A stretch of DNA of 64,000 nucleotides from Octopus sinensis. Its lineage: Eukaryota. The position numbers and the translations under genes are program-made. The stretch's first letter is position 1, and the number at the start of each line of letters is the position of its first letter. Location of the stretch: contig NC_043003.1 in NCBI RefSeq assembly GCF_006345805.1, positions 43,338,001 to 43,402,000 of the forward strand, in the 5' to 3' direction. The notes below the pieces were generated by a model that worked only from the letters and a program-made list of their open reading frames with translations, had not been told where the DNA came from and did no database searches. Below, in pieces: positions 25,494 to 39,470 of the stretch.

Positions 25494-27889
25494 AATTTTC
25501 AAAGATATACCTGTCTGTGCGTGATTGTGTGTATATATGCGTGTATGTGTGCGTGTGTGCGCATGTGTTTGTTTGTAATTACATATTGTCTTATTGATTT
25601 CGCTGTGTGACGACAGCATAACTATTTATATTTCTATTTTTATCTTGCCTCTGCTGTCAATGCCTCTCTTAAGACTTCAATTCAGCGAACGATTTAGATA
25701 CTAGCCTGAGGTTTGTAAACAGAAAGGAAGTGTTATACAAACCGGTTGGCAAGTTATATAGTGACCTTTTCTTTGTTCCCTGTTCATTAAGCTGATCAAG
25801 ATGGTCCAATTCCTTAATATTTATAGCTTTATAGCAAGCTAACCTCAATCTGTTGCAATTCAATGCAATTCTTCCAAATATTTCTTGGAATATCTTTGAG
25901 TTTCATCTTGTACTTAAGGCATATGTATGTGTCGTGAGAGAGAGAGAGAGAGAGGAAAAGAGACGAAGAGTGCCTGTGAGTATGTGTATGTCTATGCATG
26001 TATATGTGTATATATGTATGCACGTGAGATCGCGCGTATAGTTGAGTATACAAATAATACAAAGATAAGTATACGATTAGGACAATGAAATCATAATGTT
26101 AAAATCATAACAATGTTTTGAAGTCAAGTAGTGTTGAACAGATGTTAATGAAGATAAATGACACAAAGCGGAATCTTTTTCTGTCAGTCTCACTTATTCT
26201 AGTATCCGATACAGAAGTCGTTGAACTCAATACTGTTTAATAAACGATATATTTCAAATTCTTGTGATAGAAGTATAAATATTTGAAGAAAATATACAAT
26301 GTATGTGTATGGGCATCGGTTAAAAATAACGGCTAATTAAATCACATTGGGTATGTGGGAAAAAGTGAGCTGACACAAAGATCATTGGTAAAATTAGTGT
26401 TATTACATGGCGAATTACTTTATTCGTTTTATTTTGTGTGGTACATTGAAAAATAAAACGTGAATTTCTATTTAAAGCGGTTTTCTTCACGTAAGTAAAA
26501 TATGTCAGTTTGAATATTAATATAATTATTACATAATTTAAGTTCTTTTGATCCAAGCTGTCTTTAAATCACTCTAACTTTTCCTTATTTTATTGCCTTT
26601 ATTTTTATCAAATTAGTACATTTTATTATCCATATTTCTGCAATATATACACTGTACAGCTTTGTCGCAGAATCACTTAATCTTAGCAACATATATGTAA
26701 CGTTATGCATTTTAATGTAGTGAAATTAAATTCATTCACTCATGGATTATATATTGGATTTATATTTGAATTTCATAACGCTAACGGCATAATTGATTGC
26801 GGTCCATGTGTTCATATATTTCAGATACATGATGTTTACTGGTTTTCTCTAATTTAACTTCATTATAATCAAATTCATTGTGTGCAAATATATTCCCAGT
26901 AGATTTAAAATTTGATAACCAATAAAACGATATGTATTATCGCAGATGCTTAACACTAGTCTCATTGCCCAATTAATTTTTCCATTGATTAATATATATT
27001 AGATTATTTAACTATATTATTCCTTTCTCTCTAATCATTTATCATACAGTGACACTTAGCTTCTTTCTAGAGTTATCCCTAATCTAGGAGTGAACATGCT
27101 TCCATTAGTATAGATAACATCATCTGCATCATATGCGTATTCTTGTCGAACCAGCAAAATACTTGCCTATGCACATTATATACTTTCAATCGTCAAAGAG
27201 TATTTGCCATTTGACAATTAGTGCTCCTTATTTTCCAGACACCTTCTTCGTATATATATACGTAAATTTCAATCTCAATTTATGGACGACAAATTATATT
27301 TCATGAGCCGTCAGCTTCGCCGTGGTTATGTTTACTATCATCCTTTACGCACATTTTTGTATGTATTTCAAGACATATATTTACCTTTGTTTCATTAATC
27401 GATAGGATCTGTTAATCGAAACATATAGCAATTATTGTCATTGATCATCAATACACATGAAAATATACGCAAAAATACACACATACACACATATGTATGT
27501 GTGTGTGTATGTAGGACAGAGAAAGTTACAGAGAGAGAGAAGGAAAGAGAGACAGAAATAGGGATAACATTTCTGGGAAAGATATAAATTTACGGAGTTA
27601 GGGCAATATTTAGGCACGTGTATAAAGGACCTATGTTTGAGAAGTCTTTCACGTCGGTTGACTGAGCTGAATAAGGCAAGTAGTACTGCACATCACGAAA
27701 ACTTAAAATATAAACTATAAAACCGAGATGAAAAATATTACTCATTAACACGACCATCCCGTGTAACATTTCAAAAATTTAAACTTGATTCTCTGTGGAT
27801 GCCTCATTATTATTCCCACTCTCAGAAGTTTTTTAACTTCAGAGATTCTATATAACCACGGGAATGCGGATATCTTGTACATTTATTCT

Positions 27890-28116
27890 TTATCTTTTAT
27901 CTTTTACTTGTTTCAGTCATTAGACTGTGGCCATGCTGGGGCACCACCTTGAAGAAGTTTTAGTCGAGCTAATCGACCACAGTAAATTCTTTTTAAATCC
28001 TGGTACATATTCTCTCGACATTGTTTGCCGTATCGCTAAGTTACGGGGACGTAAACATACCAGCACTTGCTATGTAGACGGGGAGGACAAACATAGACAC
28101 AAAGACATACACATAG

Positions 28117-28180
<64 letters not shown>

Positions 28181-28190
28181 AGTATGTATG

Positions 28191-28224
<34 letters not shown>

Positions 28225-28226
28225 TG

Positions 28227-28274
<48 letters not shown>

Positions 28275-28435
28275 GATATACATATGACAGGCTTCCAATT
28301 TCAACCGAATCTCACAAGTCTTTGGTCTGCCCTAGGCTATAGTAGAAGACACTTGCCCAATGTGCCACGCAGTAGGACTGAAACCAGAGCTATGTGGTTG
28401 GGAAGCAAACTTCTTACCACAAAGCCACACTCGTG
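27890..28435 (-). mobile_element. Composite SINE with internal (TA)n/(TATG)n expansion
   Basis: Head at 28285-28435 (reverse of gtgtggctttgtggtaagaagtttgcttcccaaccacat). 3' part at 27890-28110 ends in aaaagataaaagataaaag. Confidence 0.75.
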
Positions 28436-29104
28436 CCATTTGGTGATTTTCTACATATTCGGTTACCTTAAACGTTATACGAGATTCCTAGGTTTTTGTC
28501 AATGATTTGTATAGATTTGTGGACTGCATTTACGCTAGAAACATTTTGAATTGTAATTTTGACGATGAACTATATTCAATTTGTTCTATTGGACACATCG
28601 GCGCAAATCTTCTTGTGAATTGACAAGGCATTTACTACAAAATGTCATGACAACATAAAACACGAAACAGAAATAGATAAAACAAAATATTGATGCATAA
28701 AACCATTGTCCTACACAGCGTTCAAGTGAAATTGAAGATTTCACAAACACACATGTACAGCAAGGAAGGAAATATTGTAGTAAATAGAAGTCTATCGTTA
28801 AAACTATTAGCTACTGCGATAACGGCTCTCGTGAACCCAGCTGCTTCCAACAGAAGAAAAAGGCTACAATGGTTATGAGACATTAATGGATTTTGGAAAG
28901 TTATTGTTCCAAACTAAATAGAGAAGACTGCTAAGGAGATATTGAAAAACTTTCTCATGGAAAGATAAAACTCAAATATTTTCTAAGACTTCTAAGTACA
29001 AATTTTAAAAAATCATTTGTTTGCATGCATTTACACACAAGCATACGTAAATGCATGCATGTTTGCATGCAATTACGCACATATGTATCAGCGCATGCAT
29101 GATT

Positions 29105-29245
29105 GTATAGGTGAGAAACTCACTTCATAGCCATGTTGTTTTGCGTTCAGACCCACTGTGCGGTTGCATCAGCGGGAATAGCACAGCGCCAACAAATGAT
29201 TTGTGATTGAAATGGCTCCACAGAAATTGTGTAAGTCTGTCGTCT
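29105..29245 (+). mobile_element. Decayed SINE head
   Basis: gagaaactcacttc...gcgttcagacccactgtg...gtctgtcgtc resembles the 14770 family. Confidence 0.5.
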
Positions 29246-30266
29246 GTATGTATGCATATATGTATGTATGTCATTGATCACTTTTATTTAAAAATGTCTT
29301 GCTATTAGAGAAGGAGTCGGTTACTAACCTAAATCCAAGGCTCCTTCATTGGAATTTCTACATCAACAACAGAGTATATTCTTGTTGGAATATATGTATG
29401 TATTTGTGCAGATTTGTATGTTTAGCTTTGTGTATGTATTCGCGTGCATGTATATATTCAGATACATTTATACATGCAAGAACACGTGGTTGCGTCGAAA
29501 TACCTAGTAAAGAAAAGGGACAATGATTCTCTTCCATCCTCGAAGTACAACTGAAGATATAGCTTAAGAGGTCAGCTGACCTGCTGATTTTAATATCTCT
29601 GCGATATTGAAAAGGAAAGCGGATAAGTACTGTCAGCTGCATCGAAATATCTAACTTTTATTACCATATTATAAATTCACATTTATACTAAAGGTAATTG
29701 ATACGCTTAGTTTTTTGAGCAAAGTGAAAATTTGTATAAGGTGGTGCAATCAGAAAAAGAAATTAAGTCGCTAATTCGCACAATATGTAAGTAGAAGAGT
29801 AAAAACGTGCAAGAATTTTGTCAATTTGAAAATGTAAATTTGTTATTATTATCTACATTGCGAAAATGGGAATTTGTATCTTTCTTAGAAATGAGCTTCT
29901 TCTGATAGGAAAGATTTCAAATAATTAAAAACAGAAGTGAACATATATTCGCAACGTATGTCGACATTTTAGTCAATGTTTTCTCCCGGGTTGAATAGTT
30001 CACACCACATCAATCACGAACCGTCATTCCCAGGTGCCCACTCTAAGTAGACTCTTTATTTTCGCCGTAACATTTGATATCTACCCAGCATAACTTCTTT
30101 CCAGCATATTCTGCTGTACACCAGATAAAATGAGGAGGATGCAAACTATATCTTCAATATACATTCTTACATTTCGGCATATACATGCATGCGCACATAC
30201 ATAGGCATATATATACATGAATACATACACACACACGCACACGCGTGCATACACACACGCGTGCAT

Positions 30267-30299
<33 letters not shown>

Positions 30300-30315
30300 A
30301 AAACATATGTCTATT

Positions 30316-30346
<31 letters not shown>

Positions 30347-30439
30347 GGGGGGAAGAGAGAGAGGGGGGAAGAGAGAGAGGAAACGTGGTGTGTTTTTGTG
30401 TTTCTGCATATGTCTGAATGTAGTGAATTAAATACTACA

Positions 30440-30870
30440 ACGAAAGGTCAAGGTTTTTGCTTTCAGCAAGGAACATATTTTGAGCACACTAACCAGACTG
30501 GCGTGACATTATCAACTCTATTTGTTTATTGCCCTCCTCTCTCCTCTGTCCATCTCTCATACTTTCTATCTTTTCTCTTGCCGTCTGTCCATACGTATGC
30601 ATGTGTACGATTATATATCTGGTTCAATTATATGCGTGTATCTGTTGATGTCTATGCCAGTTCGTGTTAGACCATGTACTATTTACCAATATTTATTATT
30701 TCAAAGTGTTAACTCATTTCCATTTCTATTTCAAACCGACTTTATGTTTGTTCGCTTTTTGTTTTATTTTCATGTCAATATTGATGAGATATATTTTTAA
30801 TATCTTCTTGTAGATGAACACAGACAATGTCTACTGAAACATATGAGTGATAGTTTTAGTGAGAAATTTT
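30440..30870 (+). mobile_element. Decayed PLE 3' end
   Basis: FCFQQGTYFEHTN resembles the PLE C-terminal IFQLGT..P.GLN. Pyrimidine-rich UTR and decayed hammerhead-like tagatga...agac(aat)gtct-act-gaaa-catatg. Confidence 0.4.
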
Positions 30871-31424
30871 TATTTTTTTTATTTTATTGCACCTAATGAA
30901 AGCATCAGGTTATTATGTAACATGCAACACTTCAATATCAAATTTGTTGTTGGCGAACCTATTTTGCGTTTAGTTACCAATCAGTCATAATACTGCAAAT
31001 ACCTACAGGCGGCCCAACTACTGAATGTTGCGACCCATTTAACTATGCTTGTAAGCATACCATAAATCAGCTGGGCTGAGGACTATGCTTCAAACTGATA
31101 AATTAAATGCTGAAGCCATTAAAGTTAAGGCTTAAGTACACAAGATACAAATGGCTACTAAGTCAGAGGAGAAAGTACAATGTTTCATGGAATGCATCAA
31201 ATCATCGACAGCCTTAAATTTTGGTGGTTTACCGACATTTTTAAAGTGATGATATTTGTATGTTTGAAATGTTTAAAATGTTCCTTTTAAAGATCTCTTA
31301 TGAAATTTTAGAGTTCTTTTTAGTATGTATGTGCTTATCTCTGTGGTGATCAAACCTAGTTACTGGAATTTACTTCTGTCGCAAACGTTATCGCAAGCCT
31401 GTCCTAATATTCATTGATTTAGTA

Positions 31425-32600
31425 TACGAGGGTCATTAATGATTTCCCTGATGCACTTCCAAGGGGACTGGGAGAAATGAAACTTGGTATAATTATTAGT
31501 ACTTGTCTACAGAGCCACCACCAAGTTGTGAAGATCCCATCTTGGTAGTCGGTAGTTTGCGTTTGGAAATAAATTTACCATCATCCAAAAAGTTGATACC
31601 CTTCAAAAAATGATTCATGTTTGGAAAGATGGTGGATGACAGATGGTGCAAGTTCTGGAGAGTAAGGGGGATGCGGAAGGATTTCATACCCGCAGAAGTT
31701 TGCTTTCATCAGGGCAGCATGCACGCTGTGAGCTGGGGCGTAGTTTTGGAGGGCGTGGACTCTTTTGACACACAACGTCTGCAGTAGAGAAGCTCTGTTA
31801 ATTGCGGTGTCATTTGCCAGAAAATCCCTCATCCCCATTCTGCGTTGGTCTCAAAAGACTGTGAGTATCGCCTTGCCCGCTGAGGGTTGGACACAAACAT
31901 TCTTTGGAAGTGATGAGTTATCATGCTTCCATTGCTTTGAGTGTACTTCAGTCTCAGGATCCTTGTAAGAAACCCATGTTTCATTCTGTGAAATAAATTT
32001 GCCCAAAGAATCCTCCTAGTTTTCATGGCACACTGCCAGAAGAGCCTGGAAGCGATTGATTCGCTCCTGCTTCTGAAAAGGTGTGAGTATCCGGAGAATC
32101 CATCGTGCAAACAATTTTTTTCCCCACGGACCATACACTTATCGTTACGTCTTGGACTAGTTGCCGAATAGTTATGCGAATATTCACCCAAATAGCTGCT
32201 TCCAATTTATAGATGGTGTCGTCATAAATGGCGGAATGTGGTCGTCCGGGAATAGAAACAGTTTTTACCGGTGTCCGATTACATTTGAACTAGTGGTGCC
32301 ATTGTTTGACTACGTCGTTTGATGGTTCATCGACTCCATAAACTTCATTCATCTCATCGATAGTCTCTTATGGTGTACGTCCTTTCATGTATAAGAACTT
32401 GATCACAGATCTGCATTCAACTGCCTTCATTATAATTCCTTGGTCCACTTTAGCAAACATAAAAGACGAACGAATACAACTGGAAAGCTAAAATTTACAA
32501 TGTGACATGTAAAGACATGTATGATTATCTCTGTACAAGCTGTGTTTCCTGCAATAACCAAAAGTGGGCCAGAGAAAATCTTTGATGAACACTCCTCGAA
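31425..32600 (-). mobile_element. Mariner transposon relic with both TIRs
   Basis: tacgagggtcattaatgatttccctg versus reverse complement of cagagaaaatctttgatgaacactcctcg. Transposase remnants NYAPAH and YEILPHPPYSPELAPS (YSPDLAP motif). Confidence 0.9.
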
Positions 32601-32759
32601 AGTTTTTGTTTTGATTACATTAGGTATGCGTTCGATGAGTGCATAGAACTTTTGATAACATCTATTGCGCTGTTTGTGATATATGTAGTTTAATGAAGTT
32701 TACTGTTGAACAATTAAGATTATTGACCCCCCCCCAGTTATATTTTATATAAATATCAC

Positions 32760-33750
32760 TATGACATCCTGTGATTATGACTTTATTGAAAACACTCCAA
32801 TTTTCATCCACTTTGCCTGATGAAGGTATAGTACACATATCAGGTCTTCTGATATATGATGATGTAATTAGATGAATGGCATATAACTCCTGTGTAGTCG
32901 TTGTCTTCTACAATTGTATAATTGTAGCTTTAAGCAATTTTATATTTAGGAATAAGATCAAGTGATATCTAATAAGAGTCACTGGTATAGAGCTACTATC
33001 AACCGGTCTTCAGCCTTTCCTTTCCTTGCTGCTAACTCTGGTTGCTATTTCTGAAGTGTGGATGTCTTACGCTTGATAGATGTGCGCCACGAAAAAGTAA
33101 TTTTGTTGTGACTGGTAAATTCTATGCTCTCGCTATATCATTTTAAGTGTTTTTTTTCTTTTACTTTGGTTTTGTACTATTCTAATGTGTTGTTTGTCTT
33201 TTGCTTAGCACGTTGTAAACAACGTTCTGTTATCTGAACGAATTGATTGTTTTTGCTGTGTAGCATTGTATAGTTTCTTGTGTTGTTTTATGTGACGCGT
33301 AATGAAGTTATTATAATTATTACCGTAAAAAAGTTGGTAGTTTCAGGCAAATTTCTACTGCATTACATGCCACACCTGTGTTGCTGGGGTGTGTGTAGAT
33401 TTGTGTGTTCCTTCTTGTTGTTGGGGGATTGCAACTCTCCCTGGTATTGTATTGCATCAGTTTCTTTTGATATGGGGTCTGGTGCATTCTTTTGTTGTAT
33501 TAGATTTTGCATTGTGTGTTGTGTGTGCACTCCATTGAGTATTTGGCCAGCTGATGATTGTTTAATTTATTGGATATTTGCTATATAGAGTGTGTTTTGT
33601 GTTTATGGATTCATTCGTTTAGTTTGTATTATTGAATTGCTAGTGTATTGCGTCAGATGTGTGCTGTTCTAGGGCAGGGCTATTTTGGGGGTAGTGTGTA
33701 GTGTTGAGGGTTCAGGTGTAGCTTCCACATTTTTCTTGATATGTTTGTTT
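32760..33750. mobile_element. Possible decayed PLE (terminal piece plus 5' coding remnant)
   Basis: ctgatgaagg (hammerhead core without a complete fold) at 32817. The minus strand is A/C-rich like PLE N-terminal coding sequence. Confidence 0.3.
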
Positions 33751-33879
33751 TATCATATCCAGAGATCCATATATTACAGGTATTGCTTTCACCTTCATAC
33801 ACTACTTCGAGCATATTTATGTTCTTTTACAATTTCTCCATTTCGTTGTCGACAATATTGTGGTCAGTAGACACTTAGG

Positions 33880-36560
33880 GTTAGAACCGCACACTTCGAA
33901 AAACCGAATTCCATCCATATACCCTTGCTGCAGTTCTGTACAGTCTCAACAAGCCACTCCATTTAAGGCTCTGGTCTGCGAACAGATTTAAATCATTCAT
34001 GAAGAGAATGCGGTTGAGATGAAGTTCATTCTTTCTCAGCTCATAGTCCGCATTTACTTTGCGTAGGACTACAGAAAGTGGGATCAAGTCTATAACAAAT
34101 TATAGAGGTGAACAAGAGTCTTCTTGGAAGATACCTGTTTTGATTGTTACCCTAGCTAAGTGCTGATTGTTACAGGAAAGATGTGTTTCCAAAATCCAAG
34201 AATGAAGCAACACGTCGTAAGTCTTTTGAAGTCTATCGAGGCCTGACATAATATTTTTTGGTGCCATTTACAGTTCTTCATTCTAACCTTGTCTATCACA
34301 AGGTTGTCCTTAGTGTTCTTGGCTCCTTTTCAGCATACAGTTTGTTCTATTGGTAGTAGATTGTTTTCCGCAAGGAACGCATATATTTTCCTTGCGAGGA
34401 TATCTGTTAACGCTTTCCATAGGAGGTTAAGACAAGCAGTGAGGCGGTAATTGCCAACCTCATTGCTCTTTGACTGATCTGTCATTAACAATGTTGGTTT
34501 TTCCTTCTACCATCAACTTCAGAACTGCACCGGCCTGTAGGCAATTGTCTAATCGCAACTCAGTTCTCTTGTGTGTTGACCTAAACCACTTGTGCCAGGA
34601 GCCTTGAATTCCGTCTGTCATTACTGCTCTTCGGTTTGGCAGTTTTGATATCTGTGCAATGACATCTTCCTTTGTTATGCAAACATGGTCCCGTCGTGGA
34701 GCCTCCGGATGGTGGATCTCACGGAATAAATTCAATCCACCCGGCATCCTGTTTGTAAAAAACTTGTTGCTACCAGATGTTATTACAAATTTGGCGGGAT
34801 CCTCGTGTCTCAGAAGGTGTATTATCTTATACGTTTCCTCCTAAGACCTTAAAAATCTGCCTCTGGTTGTTTGGAAATAACTGGTTTTGCTGTAACTGTA
34901 ATATGCGATCTGTGTAGTGCTGTGCATTTAATGTTTTTGCCCGTATACTTTGCTTTAGGGTTTCGATGACAATTTTGAGGCCTTTCTTTACTATTTGATA
35001 CTTCGTGTCAACATATACCCTTTCACCTCCTTTTTTCCATTTTCCCATTTCCATTTGGGCCATCTTCTATGCGGTTCGGATCGTGACGCAAATTTAGAAT
35101 ATCGCCTTCAGTTCTCCTTTTCCACTTTGCCTCTTTCTGTCCATCTACTTTCCTCTCATTCTATACAACCAGTTCGTCTACTAAAATTGAAACAGATCTG
35201 ATCAAGTCCCTTTTTTCCGTTAGATCTTTTGTCTGAATATATTTCAGAATCTCATCAACTTTTTGGGTTACGTGTTTCACATTGTTACGGTCGAAGCTTC
35301 ATAAATTCACAGACTTGGTCTCTGTTTTGTAATTATTATATCCTCGAGTCTTATCCTTAGGTTTCTCTACTCCTCAGTCATATCCTCTCGTAATTCAGGG
35401 TTTTCTATGTTATACTAATTAGCCAGCCTCTCTTCCACTACAACTTTATCTTGGCTAATATTCAGCTACATTATTCTTCTCCAGATTATCACCACTTTAG
35501 AGGCTTTTCCTGATTGTCTGTTTCTGAGTCTCATTAATTCCGAATTATTCCGAATTATTCCTATATGATTCATGAATCCGTTTTCAGTAATCTGTTACAT
35601 ACCCAGCTGTTTCCAAAGTTCTAATGATCTTTTTCCGATAGACTTACATTTTCTACTGCTCTTGTCTAGCAAGACATGTTCATGGCACTGGATCGCCTTT
35701 TGGTTCATAACAGACCACTTGCGTTTGCGAGTACGTTGCATATTTTGACCAGTAAAAGGAATATGTCTTGTAGTATGGCTATCAGTTGTTCGATCCTGAC
35801 GGAGCCCACTCTGCAGCACAAGTGGGGCACCTGCTGGGTGGGGGACCTTCATCAGTAACGTTCACACTAATTAGGTATGTTTTTAGGTCACTACCAACCG
35901 GTATTTTTACTGAGAAACCATCTCTATTAAGGTAGTCAACCCTGGTTTTGGTATGTTTCTTCTCCTAGGCTACTTAACAGCTGAGGCTAACAAGCACAGC
36001 CTATCTGGAGCAGTGGTCATTTCAAGGCGTCAGATACTCGCCTTTTCCCACACTTCTCTTGTTGGCTTGGCGAAAGAGCCAACCAAGACTGCAGAGCTCT
36101 TACTACCCATAAGTTGGGCCTGTTCCTTTCACATTTCTGCATGTTGCGGACCATGATCCTGATTCTCACTACGAGGTAGGTAAGTGTCAGTTGATCCCGC
36201 ATCTTCAACCAAATACTCATCCGGTGCTAAGTCCCGATTCACGGTTCACTCACCTTCATCCCAGACATGGAGCCAGTGGACACTGAGAGGGTGTCACCTC
36301 TGTGGTTAAGGAGTCCTCTCTACCCACCCCAGTTTTTACATCAGAGTGTTTCTTCTAGACAGACTGCGAAACAAGGCTCACAAGTTTTGCCTATCCGTTT
36401 TCGGAATGGCTATTGAATCCTTTAAGTGTTCCAGCTATTTGCTGTACTTTGTTTTTAATCCCGCAGGGTGTCGAAAATCCGCCTTTCTCAACAAGTAATT
36501 TCAGTGGGGCTGGCGGTTTAGTCGTCGACGACTCGGCGGTTTCACAACGCCTCTTCTTAT
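33880..36560 (-). mobile_element. R4/Dong-clade LINE, 5' UTR through RT, 3'-truncated
   Basis: RTRKRKWS N-terminus; QQNQLFPNNQRQIFK; PNRRAVMTDGIQGSWHKWF; NYRLTACLNLLWK; GIFQEDSCSP; IPLSVVLRK...LNRILFMNDLNLFA. Confidence 0.85.
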
Positions 36561-36799
36561 TCATTCTGGGTAATTATCATTCAATATTATAATTTCAGTA
36601 TTACTGCTATTATCCCTATCTTATTATTTACTAGTTCACTACCATAGTTTCACAATTATTATTATAATTATATTATTACGATAAGGATGAGGGGTCCTAA
36701 TATTTGTCTCTCTTGATTTCTTTATTCACAAAATGATGGCAGATTTACTACAATTGTTTTAGCAACTGCTGATGCTGCGGCGTGGAAAAAAGGAGCGAG

Positions 36800-38781
36800 C
36801 TTGTGTGTACTAACACACGAGGCTTGACTGGACTGCAAGCTGATATGGTTGGTAGTAATTAAGAGCGGGTGGGAGAGGATTTTGCGGAGTGTCATCGGCA
36901 AGCTGGGACTTCCATAGCTAAGTTATCGAAATTTAGAAACCACATTTCAGAGTTTTAAGAAGCTATAATATTTTATCATATAAACGCCCCCATCGTATTT
37001 ACGATCAGAGAACGTATCTATGGCGACTCACATCGTACATAAATTTCAAAATCTATAAACATCTTAAACTTTTAGCAAACATAGAAACTATTAGAAAAAA
37101 CTTACGCATTTCGGGGGGCAGCTGGTGAATGACAATAACATCGTGTGAATGATTTCAGCAGCACTGGGGCTCCATTAGAAGAGGAGGGGGAGACATGGGC
37201 AAACAACATCGGGTTTCCAGATCGTATTTAGACAAAAGAACTTGTGGGCCTGTAGATACAAGTAACATACGTTGACACTCAAATATGTCATCTACACAGA
37301 CCACAAATTTGCGATCTATACGGTCGACAGAGATAGAATTCGTAGGCAGGATCTCGGTAATGGAAACTGAATGGATCTTTCTCAGTGCGTCAATCATTTA
37401 CAGACCGGGTAAGGAAATAAGTCTATCGTCAATAATTAATGCTGTATAGCCTGAAAAGGGACTACTAGAATAGGGTAGTTTGCGTTAATTAAAGAAGTAG
37501 GGTTAACGCAATCTATAATACAGTTCGGGTGGGGTCTAGTTAGAAGGTAGAAGAATTATTTAGAAGGGGCTTATAGAACAACGTACTGAGCCGCGATTGC
37601 CTCTTGGTCAATTTTTTAATGTCAAGTACGAATTCTGCGTTGTCAGAGCTAGAGTACGTGTGCTAAGACATGAAGGAATGAAAGTCGCTCGAAAGAGTCG
37701 ATTGGCAGTGCAACTTAGACACATTTCGATCTTTAAGAGGCCGGTACCGGTGCATGTTAATCGAATGGAAGCAAATGTGTGCAGAATTTCAGCGTGAGTG
37801 TATTGAAATATACAGAAAACTTAGTGTCTCGGAGATAGGGGTTGATTTCACTTCTTCTCTCAGCGGCATCTCACACATTCAGGGGAGGGTTGCGGGGTTC
37901 TGCGAAATGCTGATAACAGCCAAAGACATACGATGTTCAATGATTGACTGCCCGAAGAAGTCTCCAGGTTTTGCCTTTCGAAGTTTCTCTCCATATGGCA
38001 GATTTGTTTTGAGATCTCTTGGCGGATGTCTACAAATCTGGCAGTAGAATAGGATTTCCAATACTGTAATCCGTGGCATGGTGATTCTCCTGAGGAAGAA
38101 TCCGAAAAAGGGGGACCATATAAGTAATTTTAACACTCGTAACTCAGCTGAATAAAAATTACGAGCTTCTGGCCAATGTGTTAGGCAAGAGGTTGACGTT
38201 TGTCACCGAAGAGGTAGTCGCTAACGCGCAGTTATGGCTTTGTCAAACACGTTAATGAACGTAGGACGGATCCAGTCATCAACGACTCCATTATGAGGAT
38301 CACTTTTTTTCAACTGGAATGGGCAGACAGTATTCCTATGTCTAATGTCCATGGCGAAAGTAATAGTGATGTGGACCAGGTGGAAACGTCTGAAGACAGA
38401 TACTTTCCTCTTCGAACAAGCCAGCATAGACTTTTTCAAGTTCCACTTGAAAAGGAAAATGACAGTGGAACGGAGAATTCTTACCACTTACTATTTATGC
38501 CGACAGATGGGGGAATGTGGCGAGGGTAGCATGCATGAATGGGCCTGTTCTGAACATACGCCTCTTGGCCGGAGGGTTTGAGAAGATTAGAGGTGTGTAC
38601 CCGGGGTGTCCTTCGCGGTCAGCACGTCCAGGATGTTTGTCAACACTAGATGGAATTCCCTCTTTTGAGGATTTTATTTAAATCGTCTTCATTGTTAGTG
38701 GTTTCATTGTATAGACGTATTTTTTTGTTAAACCACACTTTCCCATTGTTTTGTATTCTCCCTGTGGCGAATAAAAAAAAA
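36800..38781 (+). mobile_element. Tx1/L1-clade LINE, degenerate with internal deletions
   Basis: CTNTRGL (endonuclease start); SRSYLD; KSPG; RGMVILLRKNPKKGDHISNF; C-terminal FFKFHLKRKMTVER; poly(A) at 38770-38781. Confidence 0.8.
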
Positions 38782-39393
38782 TGTTATTACTATTGTTTTT
38801 CTTGCTGTTGTTGTCATCGTTGTAAGAATTATAATTAATAATGTTATATCATTCTCGATTTCAATTTTTTCATCTATCATTCTTATCTAAATTTCCATCT
38901 ATTTTCTTCTCGCCAGCAGTATTCAACGCACTTCTATCTGCTGGCTCTTCTTTATTACATGTCCATATGGCCAAGCAGCGAAAGCATTTCTCACAACGAA
39001 GAACGATAATACAAGTCTGAATAGAAAGGAAACGTAACGTAATGAAATGCAATGTAGTGTAAGTTTCTATAGAAATGAAATATAGAGAGTAAGAATGACT
39101 TTAAGGATGACTAAAAGATGGTGAGAAAATTTAGAGAATAAATGTGAAAGACTGGAACACAAGAAATTCTGATAAGCAATTACAGATATATGAACAGAAA
39201 TATATAATATAGAAACATCAATGAGAGAATAAAGAAGAGGAAAACAAGGAAACAATGGCAGAAAGAGTACAGAATAGATAGGTAGTTAAGTGATATAGAG
39301 TGAAAAAGAGTGACAAACACATTAAAAAAAATCTAGATAAATCTAGCAAGGAATAAATCAATAATACTGAGCAATAAAGTATGGTTTAATATA

Positions 39394-39470
<77 letters not shown>

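Noticed and set aside
25669-25863. Non-repetitive 64-aa ORF as a host exon
   Set aside because: No recognisable domain and weak splice signals.
32810-32850. ctgatgaagg hammerhead core
   Set aside because: No downstream GAAA or helix III; at best a deleted relic.
33842-33860. Partial match to the 5' end of miR-981 (ttcgttgtcgac)
   Set aside because: Similarity stops after 12 nt and no precursor hairpin is evident.
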